DNA of 64,000 nucleotides. Source: an uncultured bacterium (GTDB taxonomy: Bacteria > SAR324 > NAC60-12). Shown one piece after another: positions 1 through 9,874 of this stretch. How positions within the stretch are numbered: position 1 is the first letter of the stretch; each line of letters begins with the position of its first letter. Location of the stretch: positions 128,001 to 192,000 of the forward strand of contig CBFIGY010000002.1 in assembly GCA_965662235.1 (NCBI GenBank), given 5' to 3'. The notes under the pieces are model-generated. The model was given only the letters and a program-made list of their open reading frames with translations, did not search any database and was not told the origin of the DNA. Position numbers and translations under genes: made by a program.

Positions 1-985
1 CAAAGAAGATTGCTTGGAAGGGAATTTCAGCTCCACTGGCAAGCCCTTGGTTTTCACCAGAACGCCCCTCCGGAGTTTCCTGCACCTGCTGCATCTGCAC
101 CGGACTCCACCCCTCCAACTCCTCATCGGTGAGCACGGAGCCAGCAAACACGATTCGGGTTTCCAGCAGCTTACCATCGGCATCAAGAGCCAGTGCCTTC
201 AGTCGCACCTTTCCCACCTGATCTGCATCTCCAAACAGGTTCCGGACCTTCCCCTCTACCACCACAAGCGGCAGACGGTTGTAGGCATTCCGGACCTGAC
301 GTGACTCGGGGGGCGCCACAAACTCAAACTGATGCACCTGTCCTCGGATCAGCTGAAAGACCACGCTGCGATCCAGAACCTGCAGGTAGCCGCCAACCAC
401 AAGGATGGACGCGGCCACCAGGGTTCCCAGCATCAGGAAAATGGCCGTCTTTTCCATGAAGCTGAGCCCGGACTTGACCGGCTGCTCTGCCAGCTCCCGC
501 TCCACCTCCTCGAGGGTCCGCCCACGCGGTTCAGGCTCGTCCAGGGGCATCAGCTCATCCAGTGACTCTGCTGGCACCTCAGAGAGCCTTCGTGCTCCAG
601 ACGGGAGCTCTGCTTCAGACTCCTCCTCCTCGGGATTCATTCTGAGTTCCGGAGACTCCCCCGGCTCCGACGCTTCCGGAAATGCCGGCTCTTCGGCATC
701 AGGCGCTTCAGGAGTTTGCGTCTTCAGAACCTTCTCCACCTCATCAATCTCAGCAGAAAGACGGGCTAGGTCCTCTTCCTGCCGGCGAGACAGTTCCTCC
801 TCCTCTTCCAGCGCCTTCAGGGTCGAGTCTGCAGCAGCCTCGGCACGCGAGCGGATCGCGTCAGTTTCCACAAACGCCTCTTCCTCGGGAGTGCCCTGGG
901 GCGGCGCACCGGACGGGCTGTTGCTCTTCCGGACCGGCACTTCTCCCGGTCGGACAAACAAGCCAAAGCGTTTGGATTCGTCCAT
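1..985 (-). CDS. Partial (runs off the window edge) membrane-anchored protein: acidic N-terminal region, one TM helix, DUF3426-like C-terminal domain
   Basis: Read by hand from ATG at 985: MDESKRFGLFVRPGE...E-rich...KTAIFLMLGTLVAASILVVGGYL (TM)...LVVVEGKVRN...RLKALALDADGKLL...EIPFQAIFF, open to position 1. Not in the ORF track because it has no stop. DUF3426 resemblance is by eye. Confidence 0.7.
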   Translation of the reverse strand, partial: MDESKRFGLFVRPGEVPVRKSNSPSGAPPQGTPEEEAFVETDAIRSRAEAAADSTLKALEEEEELSRRQEEDLARLSAEIDEVEKVLKTQTPEAPDAEEPAFPEASEPGESPELRMNPEEEESEAELPSGARRLSEVPAESLDELMPLDEPEPRGRTLEEVERELAEQPVKSGLSFMEKTAIFLMLGTLVAASILVVGGYLQVLDRSVVFQLIRGQVHQFEFVAPPESRQVRNAYNRLPLVVVEGKVRNLFGDADQVGKVRLKALALDADGKLLETRIVFAGSVLTDEELEGWSPVQMQQVQETPEGRSGENQGLASGAEIPFQAIFF

Positions 986-1324
986 GCGCTTGTAGTTCGG
1001 GCCCTCTTTCTCTTGGGAAAAAGAGACGGCCTCCAGGTAGGCCTGCTCTGCCTCAGAAGACAGTTGCAGCGGATTGGAGGGTGACGGGTTCTCGGAAGCA
1101 GGCGGTTCAGGCATTACAGATTCAATACCGAGGTTGATGACAGAGACGTAGAGGTTACCGCCTCCCCCTTAGGCTTGCAAGACCAAGCATGCCTTGGCAA
1201 GCTCGTAGGGAAGGTCTTGCTGTTCTGCTTCGCGGTTTGCCTTTCCCTCTCCTCTCTGGGTGAGGAAACGCACCTGCGTCACGCCCCTGACCGGGGCTCC
1301 TGACCTCAACCGTCTGCCCGCGAC

Positions 1325-1765
1325 ATGATGATTCTTTTGCTACAGGTGGCCTCCACCTGGTTCATGACCGGACTCATCTGGTTCGTCCAGGTGGTCCACT
1401 ACCCGCTCTACAACCGAGTCGGCACCCAGGCTTTCTCCCGTTACGAGATCGACCACACTCACCTCACCACCCTCGTGGTCGGCCCCGCCATGCTGGTGGA
1501 ACTGCTTTCCGCCGCTTGGTTGCTCGGATACCCTCCGGAGGGCGTCAGCACGTGGCAGACCTGGTCCGGAATGGCCCTCCTCGGACTCATCTGGGTCTCC
1601 ACAGCCATCCTGCAGGTCCCGCAGCACAGCATCCTGGCAGCCGCGTTTGATGAAACCGCTTACACCACCCTCGTCGCCACCAACTGGATCCGGACCCTTG
1701 CCTGGACGCTCCGGGGAGGGCTCGTGCTCTGGATGCTGCACTCGGCCTTCATGGCCCGCGTGTGA
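1325..1765 (+). CDS. Conserved hypothetical integral membrane protein (about 4 TM)
   Basis: 146 aa hydrophobic ORF with GLIWFVQVVHYP and NWIRT motifs; GTGA overlap with the next gene. Confidence 0.8.
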   Translation: MMILLLQVASTWFMTGLIWFVQVVHYPLYNRVGTQAFSRYEIDHTHLTTLVVGPAMLVELLSAAWLLGYPPEGVSTWQTWSGMALLGLIWVSTAILQVPQHSILAAAFDETAYTTLVATNWIRTLAWTLRGGLVLWMLHSAFMARV

Positions 1766-2583
1766 GAATCATCGGCCTTGACTTCACCAGCGCCCCGTCC
1801 GCCCGCAAGGCGATTGTCGCCGCCTGCGGAACACTGACCCACGATGCCCTGTTTCTGGATGAGGCTCACTTCTTCCGGGACTGGGAGTCTTGGGAAACCT
1901 TCCTAGAGGTCGGCCAGTGGGTGGGCGCCGCTGATTTCCCCTTTGCCTTGCCCCAAGGGTTTGTTGCCGCTCAGGACTGGCCACTCCGGTGGGAAGACTG
2001 CGTGGCTCATGTCACCCAGATGGGACGAACCGCCTTCCTTGACACCCTGGAGCAGCACCGGCTGCACGCCGAGCCCGGAAAAAAAGAGCCCAAGCGAGCC
2101 GTTGATGTGCAGGCGGGGGCTCTGAGCCCCCTGAAGCTCTATCATGTTCCCACCGCCAAGATGTTTTATGCCGGCGCCACGCGGCTCCTCGCCAGCTCCC
2201 TGAACCTTCCCCCGTGTCGCCCATTGCCTTCAGACCGAACCCTGCTGGAGGGCTATCCGGGACTCGTCGCGCGGTTGCACCTGGGACGTCGCAAGTACAA
2301 ATCGGAGCCCGCAACACGCTGGAGTCCAGAAGAAGCCGCGGCGCGCCTAGAGCTGTTGACCCTGCTAGAGCAAGCACCGCTTCCCGGACACCCCATTACC
2401 CACCTTTCTGACTCCCTGGCTACACGGTGTCAGGAGGACGGTTCCGGGGACGTTTTGGATGCGGTGCTCTGTGCAACGCAGGCAGCCGCGGCATCCATCA
2501 AACCCAACTGGGGCATTCCCCCTTCCATCAACCCGGAGGAAAGCTGGATTCTCGATGCTGAACTCCGGGAGACTGCTCTGTGA
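1762..2583 (+). CDS. DUF429-family protein (predicted RNase H-fold nuclease)
   Basis: N-terminal IIGLDFTS, ADFPF, LEGYP and GDVLDAVLC motifs typical of DUF429. Confidence 0.7.
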   Translation: MRIIGLDFTSAPSARKAIVAACGTLTHDALFLDEAHFFRDWESWETFLEVGQWVGAADFPFALPQGFVAAQDWPLRWEDCVAHVTQMGRTAFLDTLEQHRLHAEPGKKEPKRAVDVQAGALSPLKLYHVPTAKMFYAGATRLLASSLNLPPCRPLPSDRTLLEGYPGLVARLHLGRRKYKSEPATRWSPEEAAARLELLTLLEQAPLPGHPITHLSDSLATRCQEDGSGDVLDAVLCATQAAAASIKPNWGIPPSINPEESWILDAELRETAL

Positions 2584-2605
2584 ACCCTTTCCTGCCCACA
2601 CGCTC

Positions 2606-3760
2606 ATGTCCCGTCTGACCGTTGCCCTCGTGTTGCTACTGCTTGTCCCGACTTCTGCCTGGACGGCTCGCCTTCCCGCCGGACTGGCACCACTTGGGGT
2701 GCTGGGAGATTTTTCTGAGGTTGACCAGAACATCCTCTTCCTCACTCTGCAGGAAAACCTTTCCCTCCACTTCACCCTTGCCTCTCAGAAGGCCTTTGAG
2801 CAGGCACGCGAGGTGGCGTTTGAGGAGATGGATTATGAGGAATGCACTGAAGATCAGTGCTTTGCCATCATCCAGCAGGTGCTGCAGGTCGACTACCTCT
2901 TTCTGTTCAACATCTCCCGGAGCAATGACTTCACTCAGCTGTCTCTCACCGGCATCAACCGCGACAGCGCCCGAGTCGTCCGAACGGCCACCTGCGAAGG
3001 GTGCTCCCTGGCACAGCTGAATGAGAAGATCAGCGAGGTCGTTCTCCGCATGCTGGAGCAGCTGCAGCAAACTGATGAACTGCTGCAGAGCCCCCCAGCG
3101 CTTGCTCAGGCGGAGCCTCCCACGCCTCCGGGACCAACCGTTCAGGAGTTGGTCCCACCCGATCCGGAACCTGTCGAAGCGGCATCGCCTTATCCAGAGC
3201 TGCACCTGCAATTCGGGGCCTGCACCAGCACCCTCTTCAATCTGACTCCGCTTCGCGAAGGAGATCCCTACTACGACGTCAACTTCGCGCTGGGACGGGC
3301 GTTTGGCTTCAGCAACAAGTGGAACGAGCAGCACTCCTTCAGCTTCCTCAGTTGCCAGGCTCCACTCAGTGGGATCGAGCACGCCGGGGAGGGATTTGTG
3401 CAGCTCAACGGCGATAGCGAGGGGCAGTCCTTTTCGTTGATGATTGAGCGGGAACGCAGCTTCCGGAGCCTAGAAGGCCTCTTGGGGCTGGGCGTGTCTC
3501 ATTATGCCCTCTACTTTGACTTCTACGACCCTTACCGTCAGATCAACGGCAGCTACGACTTCGACCAGGGGGTGGTGACCACCATGATGTCGCTGAAGTA
3601 TGCCCCTGTTGAGCGGGTTTACCTCAAGCTGGATACCCTCTTCTTCTTCTTCGGACTGACCGACCGGGAAACGGTGATGCAGCTCGACGGACAGGAGGTT
3701 GGCTATGAAATCAAGCAGGTTCTCATGTCCTTCATGCTCCGAATTGGCTTCCTTCTTTAG
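2606..3760 (+). CDS. Exported protein: signal peptide, Cys-containing TolB-N/CsgG-like N-terminal domain, Pro-rich linker, probable C-terminal beta-barrel
   Basis: Start moved to ATG 2606 (MSRLTVALVLLLLVPTSAWTA signal); EECTEDQC and CEGC motifs; aromatic alternating strands at the C-terminus. Confidence 0.65.
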   Translation: MSRLTVALVLLLLVPTSAWTARLPAGLAPLGVLGDFSEVDQNILFLTLQENLSLHFTLASQKAFEQAREVAFEEMDYEECTEDQCFAIIQQVLQVDYLFLFNISRSNDFTQLSLTGINRDSARVVRTATCEGCSLAQLNEKISEVVLRMLEQLQQTDELLQSPPALAQAEPPTPPGPTVQELVPPDPEPVEAASPYPELHLQFGACTSTLFNLTPLREGDPYYDVNFALGRAFGFSNKWNEQHSFSFLSCQAPLSGIEHAGEGFVQLNGDSEGQSFSLMIERERSFRSLEGLLGLGVSHYALYFDFYDPYRQINGSYDFDQGVVTTMMSLKYAPVERVYLKLDTLFFFFGLTDRETVMQLDGQEVGYEIKQVLMSFMLRIGFLL

Positions 3761-3936
3761 CCTGAAAAAATTATCTTTCGGACAGAACGATTCCGGTTCA
3801 TTTCCCAAGACAGAATCCGGAACGCCCACCAGCCGGTTCCACAAGCACATGAGCAGGGACTCAGCTTGCAGTGTCGGGCGTTTTATGGTGAGGTCTTTGG
3901 GTTTCTGAAGGGCATTCACTTTTGTAAGGAGACCGA

Positions 3937-5910
3937 ATGGTCCGTCTTTGTCTCACTTCCTCCTTGATGTCTCATCCCGTTGTCGGAAACCTTCCCGACT
4001 TCGATGACGCGGTGACCCTGGAACCCGTCCAGCACCTGCAGGACGCGTTGCAGCTGAAGGGTCCGGTCCTGCTGATTCTGGATGATGCTGAATACGCCAT
4101 GTGGCAGCTTCTGCGGCAGGAAGCCCCAAAGGGATTTTATGCGGTCCTCCTTAGTCACGACCACGACTTCCTCCCGGAAGAGCAAAGTCCGGAGATGCTG
4201 GACCTGCACCACCTAGACACCCTGAGCGTCACACGCTGGCACTTCATTCTGCAAAAGCGCCTCCGTCAGGTGGAGCAGCTCTGGAAGGTCACGGACCTTG
4301 AAGCCTACATCCGCCTGCAGAATCGGCAGTTCAACGAACTCCATGAGATCGGTGTTTCCCTCTCAGCGGAAAAAAACATCGACCGCCTGCTGGAGCTCAT
4401 TGTCACCAACAGCATGAAGCTGACTCGCGCAGACGGCGGAAGCCTCTACCTGCTGGAGAGCCTAGAGGATGTTCCGGAAGACCCCAACAACTACCTCAGC
4501 AACAAGCAGCTCCGCTTTGCCGTCCACCGCAACGAATCCCGGACCCTGCAGCTTGAGGAGCACAACCTCAAGATCAACCAGGACTCGGTCTATGGCTTCA
4601 CGATCCTGAAGAAAGCGCCTCTGAACATTGAAGACGCCTACCAAGTGGGAGAGAACGATGAGTTCCGCTGGGGAGGACGACAGATTGACCAGCAGTATCA
4701 GTACCGCACCAAGTCGATCCTGGCGGTGCCCATGCTGGACAGCCGCAACCGCGTCATCGGCGTCATTCAGCTGATCAACAAAAAGCCCCGCCCGGGCATG
4801 GTCCTCGAGAGCGTTGAGGAGATTGAAGGGAGCGTCCGGAGCTTCACCGCCGAAGACTCGCAGCTGATTGAGTCCGTTGCCTCTCAGGCCGCAACGGCGC
4901 TCCAGAATGCCGAGTTAGTCGACTCCATCAGCATCCTCTTCGATGGCTTCATCAATGCGAGCGTCAAGGCCATTGAGTCCCGTGACCCCACCACCTCCGG
5001 TCACTCCAGCCGGGTTGCCACGCTGACCATCGCACTTGCAGAGATCGCCCACCAGCGCACCACGGGCCCTTTCGCGGAGATCCGCTTCAACCGTGAGCAG
5101 CTGGATGAAATCCGCTACGCCTCCTTGCTTCATGACTTCGGAAAAATCGGCGTCCGGGAGAGTGTCCTCGTCAAGGCCAAGAAGCTGTATCCCGAGGAGC
5201 AGCAAGCTGTCATGGACCGGTTCCGGATCATCCGCCAGACCCTGGAACTGGGCGCCACGCAGCGTCAGCTCAACTACTTCTTGGAAAAAAACCGAGAGGA
5301 AGCCCTATCGCTCGTGGAGCAGGATCAGCAGCGGATGCGCGACCAACTGAGCGAGTTGGACGAGTACCTCAAGTTTGTCATCCGCGCCAATGAGCCCACG
5401 GTGCTGGCGCAAGGAGGCTTTGAGAAGCTCCAGGAAATTGGCAACCTGACCTTTGTGCACCCCAACCAGATCTCCATGCCGTACCTGACCCCGCATGAGG
5501 TCCGGTCCCTCTCGGTTCCCAAAGGATCCCTCAATGAGCAGGACCGCCACGAGATCGAGTCTCACGTCACTCACACCTTCAACTTCCTCAACATCATTCC
5601 CTGGTCCACGGAGCTTTCCCGTGTTCCAGAAATCGCCTACGCCCACCACGAAAAGCTCAACGGCTCAGGCTACCCCCGGAAGCTGACTTCAGAGGAAATT
5701 CCCATCCAGTCGAAAATGATGACCATCGCGGACATCTACGACGCCCTCACGGCTTGGGACCGCCCCTACAAGAAGGCCATGCCTGCGGAACGTGCGCTGC
5801 AGATCCTCGAATTTGAGGCCAAGGACCAGCACATCGACCGGGAGCTGCTCAACCTCTTCATTGAGGCGAAGATCTTCCACCTGGTCCGGCGTCCCGAGAT
5901 TCGGCACTGA
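3937..5910 (+). CDS. GAF-domain HD-GYP cyclic-dinucleotide phosphodiesterase
   Basis: GAF (ADGGSLY...TKSILAVPM...IGVIQLINK), TSGHSSRV, LLHDFGKIG, HHEKLNGSGYP, IADIYDALT...RPYKKA; AAGGAG just upstream of ATG 3937. Confidence 0.9.
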   Translation: MVRLCLTSSLMSHPVVGNLPDFDDAVTLEPVQHLQDALQLKGPVLLILDDAEYAMWQLLRQEAPKGFYAVLLSHDHDFLPEEQSPEMLDLHHLDTLSVTRWHFILQKRLRQVEQLWKVTDLEAYIRLQNRQFNELHEIGVSLSAEKNIDRLLELIVTNSMKLTRADGGSLYLLESLEDVPEDPNNYLSNKQLRFAVHRNESRTLQLEEHNLKINQDSVYGFTILKKAPLNIEDAYQVGENDEFRWGGRQIDQQYQYRTKSILAVPMLDSRNRVIGVIQLINKKPRPGMVLESVEEIEGSVRSFTAEDSQLIESVASQAATALQNAELVDSISILFDGFINASVKAIESRDPTTSGHSSRVATLTIALAEIAHQRTTGPFAEIRFNREQLDEIRYASLLHDFGKIGVRESVLVKAKKLYPEEQQAVMDRFRIIRQTLELGATQRQLNYFLEKNREEALSLVEQDQQRMRDQLSELDEYLKFVIRANEPTVLAQGGFEKLQEIGNLTFVHPNQISMPYLTPHEVRSLSVPKGSLNEQDRHEIESHVTHTFNFLNIIPWSTELSRVPEIAYAHHEKLNGSGYPRKLTSEEIPIQSKMMTIADIYDALTAWDRPYKKAMPAERALQILEFEAKDQHIDRELLNLFIEAKIFHLVRRPEIRH

Positions 5911-5926
5911 CTCAACGAGTTTTGCA

Positions 5927-5955
5927 TTGACTGCTCTTAGGAATCCGGTTAAATA
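5927..5955 (+). promoter_or_regulatory. Possible sigma70 promoter of rplY
   Basis: TTGACT-N17-TAAATA upstream of rplY; the -10 is imperfect. Confidence 0.35.
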
Positions 5956-5996
5956 AGGGGTTTGCCTTTTTTCACCGTATTCTGGAAAAGCAACCC

Positions 5997-6599
5997 ATGT
6001 CAGAGATGCAGCTCAACGCCACCCTGCGCGAATCCACAGGAAAAGTCGACAATCAGCGACTTCGACGCGAAGGGAAAATCCCAGCCGTTCTTTATGGCCC
6101 TCGAGGCAACTTCTCCTTGGAAATGGACGAAGAAGCCACCCGTTACTCCTTGGAAAAGTACTCCGGACGTCACGAGCTGATGAAACTCAAGATCAGTGGC
6201 GCTGAGGACTGGGAAGGCGAGGTGCTGCTCCAGGACGTCCAGAAGCACCCCTACAAGCACCAGATCGTGCACCTGGACTTCCGCGAGCCTCCGGCAGGCA
6301 GTCGCCTCAAGCTGAGCATTCCGCTCCGCACCGTTGGCGAGTCTCCCGGGGTCAAGCGCGGGGGCGTGATGCAGCTGCCGCTGCGCAACATTCAGGTCCT
6401 CTGCTACCCTGACAACATCCCCAGCACCATCGATGTCGACGTCTCCGAGCTCGACTTGGGCGTGACCCTGCGGGCGTCGGATCTGCAGATGCCGGATCGC
6501 GTTTCCCTGGCCAGCACCGAGAACTTCACCGTCGCCTCCATCGTGGGACGCGCCGCCCGTCAGATCGCTGCAGCCGCTGCTGCTGAAAAGCAGAAGTAA
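5997..6599 (+). CDS. rplY: 50S ribosomal protein L25/Ctc
   Basis: LRREGKIPAVLYG, QKHP...HLDF, GVKRGG, IPSTIDVDVSEL; adjacent to pth. Confidence 0.95.
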   Translation: MSEMQLNATLRESTGKVDNQRLRREGKIPAVLYGPRGNFSLEMDEEATRYSLEKYSGRHELMKLKISGAEDWEGEVLLQDVQKHPYKHQIVHLDFREPPAGSRLKLSIPLRTVGESPGVKRGGVMQLPLRNIQVLCYPDNIPSTIDVDVSELDLGVTLRASDLQMPDRVSLASTENFTVASIVGRAARQIAAAAAAEKQK

Positions 6600-6613
6600 G
6601 ACTCTCGTTCTTC

Positions 6614-7237
6614 ATGAAGCTGCTGGTGGGACTCGGGAATCCGGGACGTGAGTACGAATCCACTCCCCACAACGTGGGCTTCAGAGTCATCGACGAGTTG
6701 GCCCAGCGTTTCGGATTGGGAACCGCACAAACGAAGTTCCAGAGTGAGTTCTTCCGGCAGGGTTCGGGAGACGATGCACTCATGCTCATGAAGCCTCAGA
6801 CCTTCATGAACCGGAGCGGCTTTGCGGTTTCCGAGTGCCTCCGCTTCTACAAGCTGCCGCCTGAAAGCGTGGTCGTCATCTCAGACGACCTCGACCTTCC
6901 TCCCGGAAAAGCCCGCACCCGTGAAGGGGGTGGACATGGTGGACACAATGGGTTGCGTTCCATCATTGAGCAACTGGGAACCGATGCCTTCCGGCGCGTC
7001 CGGATTGGCATCGGGCGTCCCGCCCAAAAAGAACAGGTGACCGGATACGTCCTTGGCAACTGGACTGGAGAAGGCGCCGAACTGGGGCAAAAGACCGTCC
7101 TCCGTGTGGCGGACTTTCTGGAAAAGTACACCAAGCATTCACGGTGGAGCAGCACCTCCCTTTCGGTGCTCCCGCCTCAAAAGAAAAAAACACCGCCTCC
7201 CCCGACTGAAGAAACGGGGACGCTGCCTCCTTCCTGA
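6614..7237 (+). CDS. pth: Peptidyl-tRNA hydrolase
   Basis: LVGLGNPG, HNVGF, KPQTFMNRSG, GGHGGHNGLRS, RIGIGRP. Confidence 0.97.
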   Translation: MKLLVGLGNPGREYESTPHNVGFRVIDELAQRFGLGTAQTKFQSEFFRQGSGDDALMLMKPQTFMNRSGFAVSECLRFYKLPPESVVVISDDLDLPPGKARTREGGGHGGHNGLRSIIEQLGTDAFRRVRIGIGRPAQKEQVTGYVLGNWTGEGAELGQKTVLRVADFLEKYTKHSRWSSTSLSVLPPQKKKTPPPPTEETGTLPPS

Positions 7238-7243
7238 AACTCC

Positions 7244-8335
7244 ATGGCCCTTGAAATTGGCATTGTCGGTCTTCCCAATGTGGGAAAGTCCACGCTGTTC
7301 CGCGCCCTGACCAAGGTGCAAGCGGAGGCGGCCAATTACCCGTTTTGCACCATTGACCCCAACGTTGGCATTGTGCCAGTCCGGGACCCGCGGCTGGAGC
7401 GTCTGGTGCAGCTGGTGGAACCCGACAGCATTGTCCCAGCGACCCTCCGGGTGGTGGACATCGCAGGGCTCGTCAAAGGCGCCAGCCAGGGAGAGGGGCT
7501 GGGCAACAAGTTCCTTTCCCACATCCGGCAGGTGGACGCCATTGCACACGTCGTCCGGTGCTTTGACGATGAAAACGTGGTGCACGTTTCTGGCGCCCCG
7601 GATCCGCTCCGTGACGTGGACGTCATTCACACCGAGCTCGTGCTGGCGGACTTGGAGCAGGTGGAACGCAAGCGGGAACGCGTTGAAAAGCAGTCCAAGG
7701 CCAATAAGTCCATGCAGCAAACGCTGCCCGTTTACGACCGCATGATCGCCCACCTCAACGAAGGCCAACTGGCCCGAACCCTTGAGCTGAGTGACGAAGA
7801 GGCTGAGCTGTTCCGGGACCTGCAGATGATCACCCAGAAGCCCTACCTCTACATCGCCAATGTCGATGAAGACGGCCTTCGGACGCAAAGCGCGTTTGAG
7901 CAAGCGCTCCGGACCCGAGCTGAGGAAGAAGGGGTGGAGGTTATTCCCATTTGTGCGCAGGTGGAGTCGGAGCTTTCTGAAATGGAAGACGACGAGGCTC
8001 AGGCCTTCATGGAAGAGCTCGGAATCGGTTCTTCCGGACTGCAGCAGCTCACCCACGCGGGGTACCAACTGCTCAACCAGATCACCTTCTTCACCTCCGG
8101 CAAGCAGGAAGTCCGCGCTTGGGAGGTCAAGAAGGACGCCACGGCCCCACAGGCGGCAGGCAAGATTCACTCTGATTTTGAGAAGGGCTTCATCCGAGCC
8201 GAGGTCTTTCACTACAGCGACATTGATGCCCTTGGCTCCGAACAGGCCGTCAAGGAGGCCGGAAAGTGGCGTCTTGAGGGACGCGAGTACGTGGTGCAAG
8301 ATGGCGACATCATGCACTTTCGCTTCAACGTCTGA
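7244..8335 (+). CDS. ychF: Redox-regulated ATPase YchF
   Basis: GIVGLPNVGKST, ANYPFCTIDPN, DIAGLVKGASQGEGLGNKFL, C-terminal FRFNV. Confidence 0.97.
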   Translation: MALEIGIVGLPNVGKSTLFRALTKVQAEAANYPFCTIDPNVGIVPVRDPRLERLVQLVEPDSIVPATLRVVDIAGLVKGASQGEGLGNKFLSHIRQVDAIAHVVRCFDDENVVHVSGAPDPLRDVDVIHTELVLADLEQVERKRERVEKQSKANKSMQQTLPVYDRMIAHLNEGQLARTLELSDEEAELFRDLQMITQKPYLYIANVDEDGLRTQSAFEQALRTRAEEEGVEVIPICAQVESELSEMEDDEAQAFMEELGIGSSGLQQLTHAGYQLLNQITFFTSGKQEVRAWEVKKDATAPQAAGKIHSDFEKGFIRAEVFHYSDIDALGSEQAVKEAGKWRLEGREYVVQDGDIMHFRFNV

Positions 8336-8386
8336 CGAAGTTGAAGCCGGCTCCTTTGGGAGCCTTGCCGCATAGGGCGGCTCTGA

Positions 8387-8409
8387 CCTGAGCAAGCTCA
8401 GGTTTTTTT
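8387..8409 (+). terminator. Intrinsic terminator after ychF
   Basis: CCTGAGC-AA-GCTCAGG inverted repeat followed by T7. Confidence 0.65.
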
Positions 8410-8439
8410 CCTTGTCCGCAAGGGCCAACCCGTAAGGAA
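8408..8439 (+). promoter_or_regulatory. S6:S18 ribosomal protein autoregulatory leader
   Basis: TTCCTT...hairpin with GCAA loop...CCCGT-AAGGAA: P1 pairs with the SD and leaves an unpaired CCG just 5' of it, directly upstream of rpsF. Matches the known S6:S18-binding architecture. Confidence 0.65.
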
Positions 8440-8447
8440 AGTAGCAA

Positions 8448-8930
8448 ATGAAAGCTTACGAATGTGTGTTCATCGTCTCCACCGAGCTTTCGGAGGAGGA
8501 GCAGGGCGAACTGCTGAACAAGTTCCGCGACGTCGTCACCAGCAATGGCGGAGAGATCGCTGAAGAGATCGTCTGGGGCCGTCGCCGACTCGCCTATCCG
8601 ATCAACAAAAAGGACTTTGGCCACTACGTGGTCTGGTACATCAACGGCGAAGGCAAGACCCTCGACGAGCTGCACCGCCAGTTCGGCTACAACGAGCACA
8701 TCCTCCGCTACCAAAGCATTCAGGTCGAGAGCATCGCAGAAGAGGTGTCTTACTTCATGGAGCTCCTGAAGCGTCCGACTGAAGAAGAAGAAGCCGCTGC
8801 AGCCAAAGAAGAAAAGGCTAAAGAAGAGAAGGCCAAGGACGACAAGCCGGAAGAGGCCAAAGACGAAACGGCCCCTGCTGCTGAAGCGGAGTCCACGGAA
8901 GAAGCCAAAACTGAAGAATCCGCTGCCTGA
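8448..8930 (+). CDS. rpsF: 30S ribosomal protein S6 with a long acidic tail
   Basis: YECVFIV, WGRRRLAYPINK, ILRY. Confidence 0.95.
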   Translation: MKAYECVFIVSTELSEEEQGELLNKFRDVVTSNGGEIAEEIVWGRRRLAYPINKKDFGHYVVWYINGEGKTLDELHRQFGYNEHILRYQSIQVESIAEEVSYFMELLKRPTEEEEAAAAKEEKAKEEKAKDDKPEEAKDETAPAAEAESTEEAKTEESAA

Positions 8931-8957
8931 TCCCCCTTTTGAACTCTGGAGAATTTT

Positions 8958-9236
8958 ATGCCACGTAAAGGAAAAAGCCCACGCCGTCGCCACCGCATTC
9001 CGGCCAGCGTGCTGCTCAAGCGCAAACGCAAAACCTGTCCATTCAATGACGCCGGTGTTGACCGCATTGACTACAAGGACGTTGACCTGCTCAAGGATTA
9101 CATCACCGAAGGGGGGAAAATCGTTCCCAGCCGGATCTCCGGAGTCTCGGCGCCGTACCAGCGCAAGCTGCGCCTGGCCATCAAGCGCGCCCGGAACCTG
9201 GCCCTGCTTTCTCCCATCAGCGGACTCTCCGCCTGA
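8958..9236 (+). CDS. rpsR: 30S ribosomal protein S18
   Basis: [26 protein letters not shown]...[12 protein letters not shown]. Confidence 0.96.
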   Translation: MPRKGKSPRRRHRIPASVLLKRKRKTCPFNDAGVDRIDYKDVDLLKDYITEGGKIVPSRISGVSAPYQRKLRLAIKRARNLALLSPISGLSA

Positions 9237-9275
9237 GGGTTCCCGAACGAAACCACCCAACGTCAAGGATCTACC

Positions 9276-9818
9276 GTGAAACTGATTCTCACCCAAGACG
9301 TCCCCAACCTGGGCTCGCTCGGTGATACCGTCGAAGTGAAACCCGGCTACGGACGCAACTACCTGATTCCACGAGGCATGGCCCTGCTGGCCAACAGCAA
9401 GAAGTCCAAGGAGCTTGAGCACCGGCTCGTTTACCTGCAGAAGCTCCGTGAGAGCGAAGTGGGCGAAGCCAAGCAAAAGGCTGAAGCCATTCAGGCCCTG
9501 AGCCTCGAAGTCACCCGCAAGGCGGGTCCGGGCGGACACCTGTTCGGTTCGGTGACCAACCGGGACCTCATTCAACTGCTTGCTGAGGCCGGCTACGAGT
9601 TTGAGCGTCGTGCCGTTACCCTCGCCACCCCCATCCGCAACGTGGGCACCCACAGCTTCACCCTCCGTGTGCACACGGAAGTCCGCATTGACCTCACCGT
9701 CGTCGTCAAAGGCGAATTTGAGGCCAAGCCGGTGGAAGAGGCTCCTGCTGAGCCGGAAGCTCCTGAAGAGGCGATTGACGCCGAAGAGGCTGAAGAAGCC
9801 GCTCAGGCAGAAGCCTGA
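9276..9818 (+). CDS. rplI: 50S ribosomal protein L9
   Basis: MKLILTQDVPNLG...VKPGYGRNYLIP, LFGSVT. Confidence 0.96.
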   Translation: MKLILTQDVPNLGSLGDTVEVKPGYGRNYLIPRGMALLANSKKSKELEHRLVYLQKLRESEVGEAKQKAEAIQALSLEVTRKAGPGGHLFGSVTNRDLIQLLAEAGYEFERRAVTLATPIRNVGTHSFTLRVHTEVRIDLTVVVKGEFEAKPVEEAPAEPEAPEEAIDAEEAEEAAQAEA

Positions 9819-9874
9819 TTTCTCCGGAGCCGGATCCCCTCCGGCTCCTCCTCCCGACTACGTCCGGAGCCTCC

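Noticed and set aside
7139..9674. Long antisense ORFs (7139-8428, 8325-9674; likewise 21870-23231, 40033-41331, 42496-44223)
   Set aside because: Shadow frames of well-supported genes, expected with GC-rich codon bias; no recognisable motifs.
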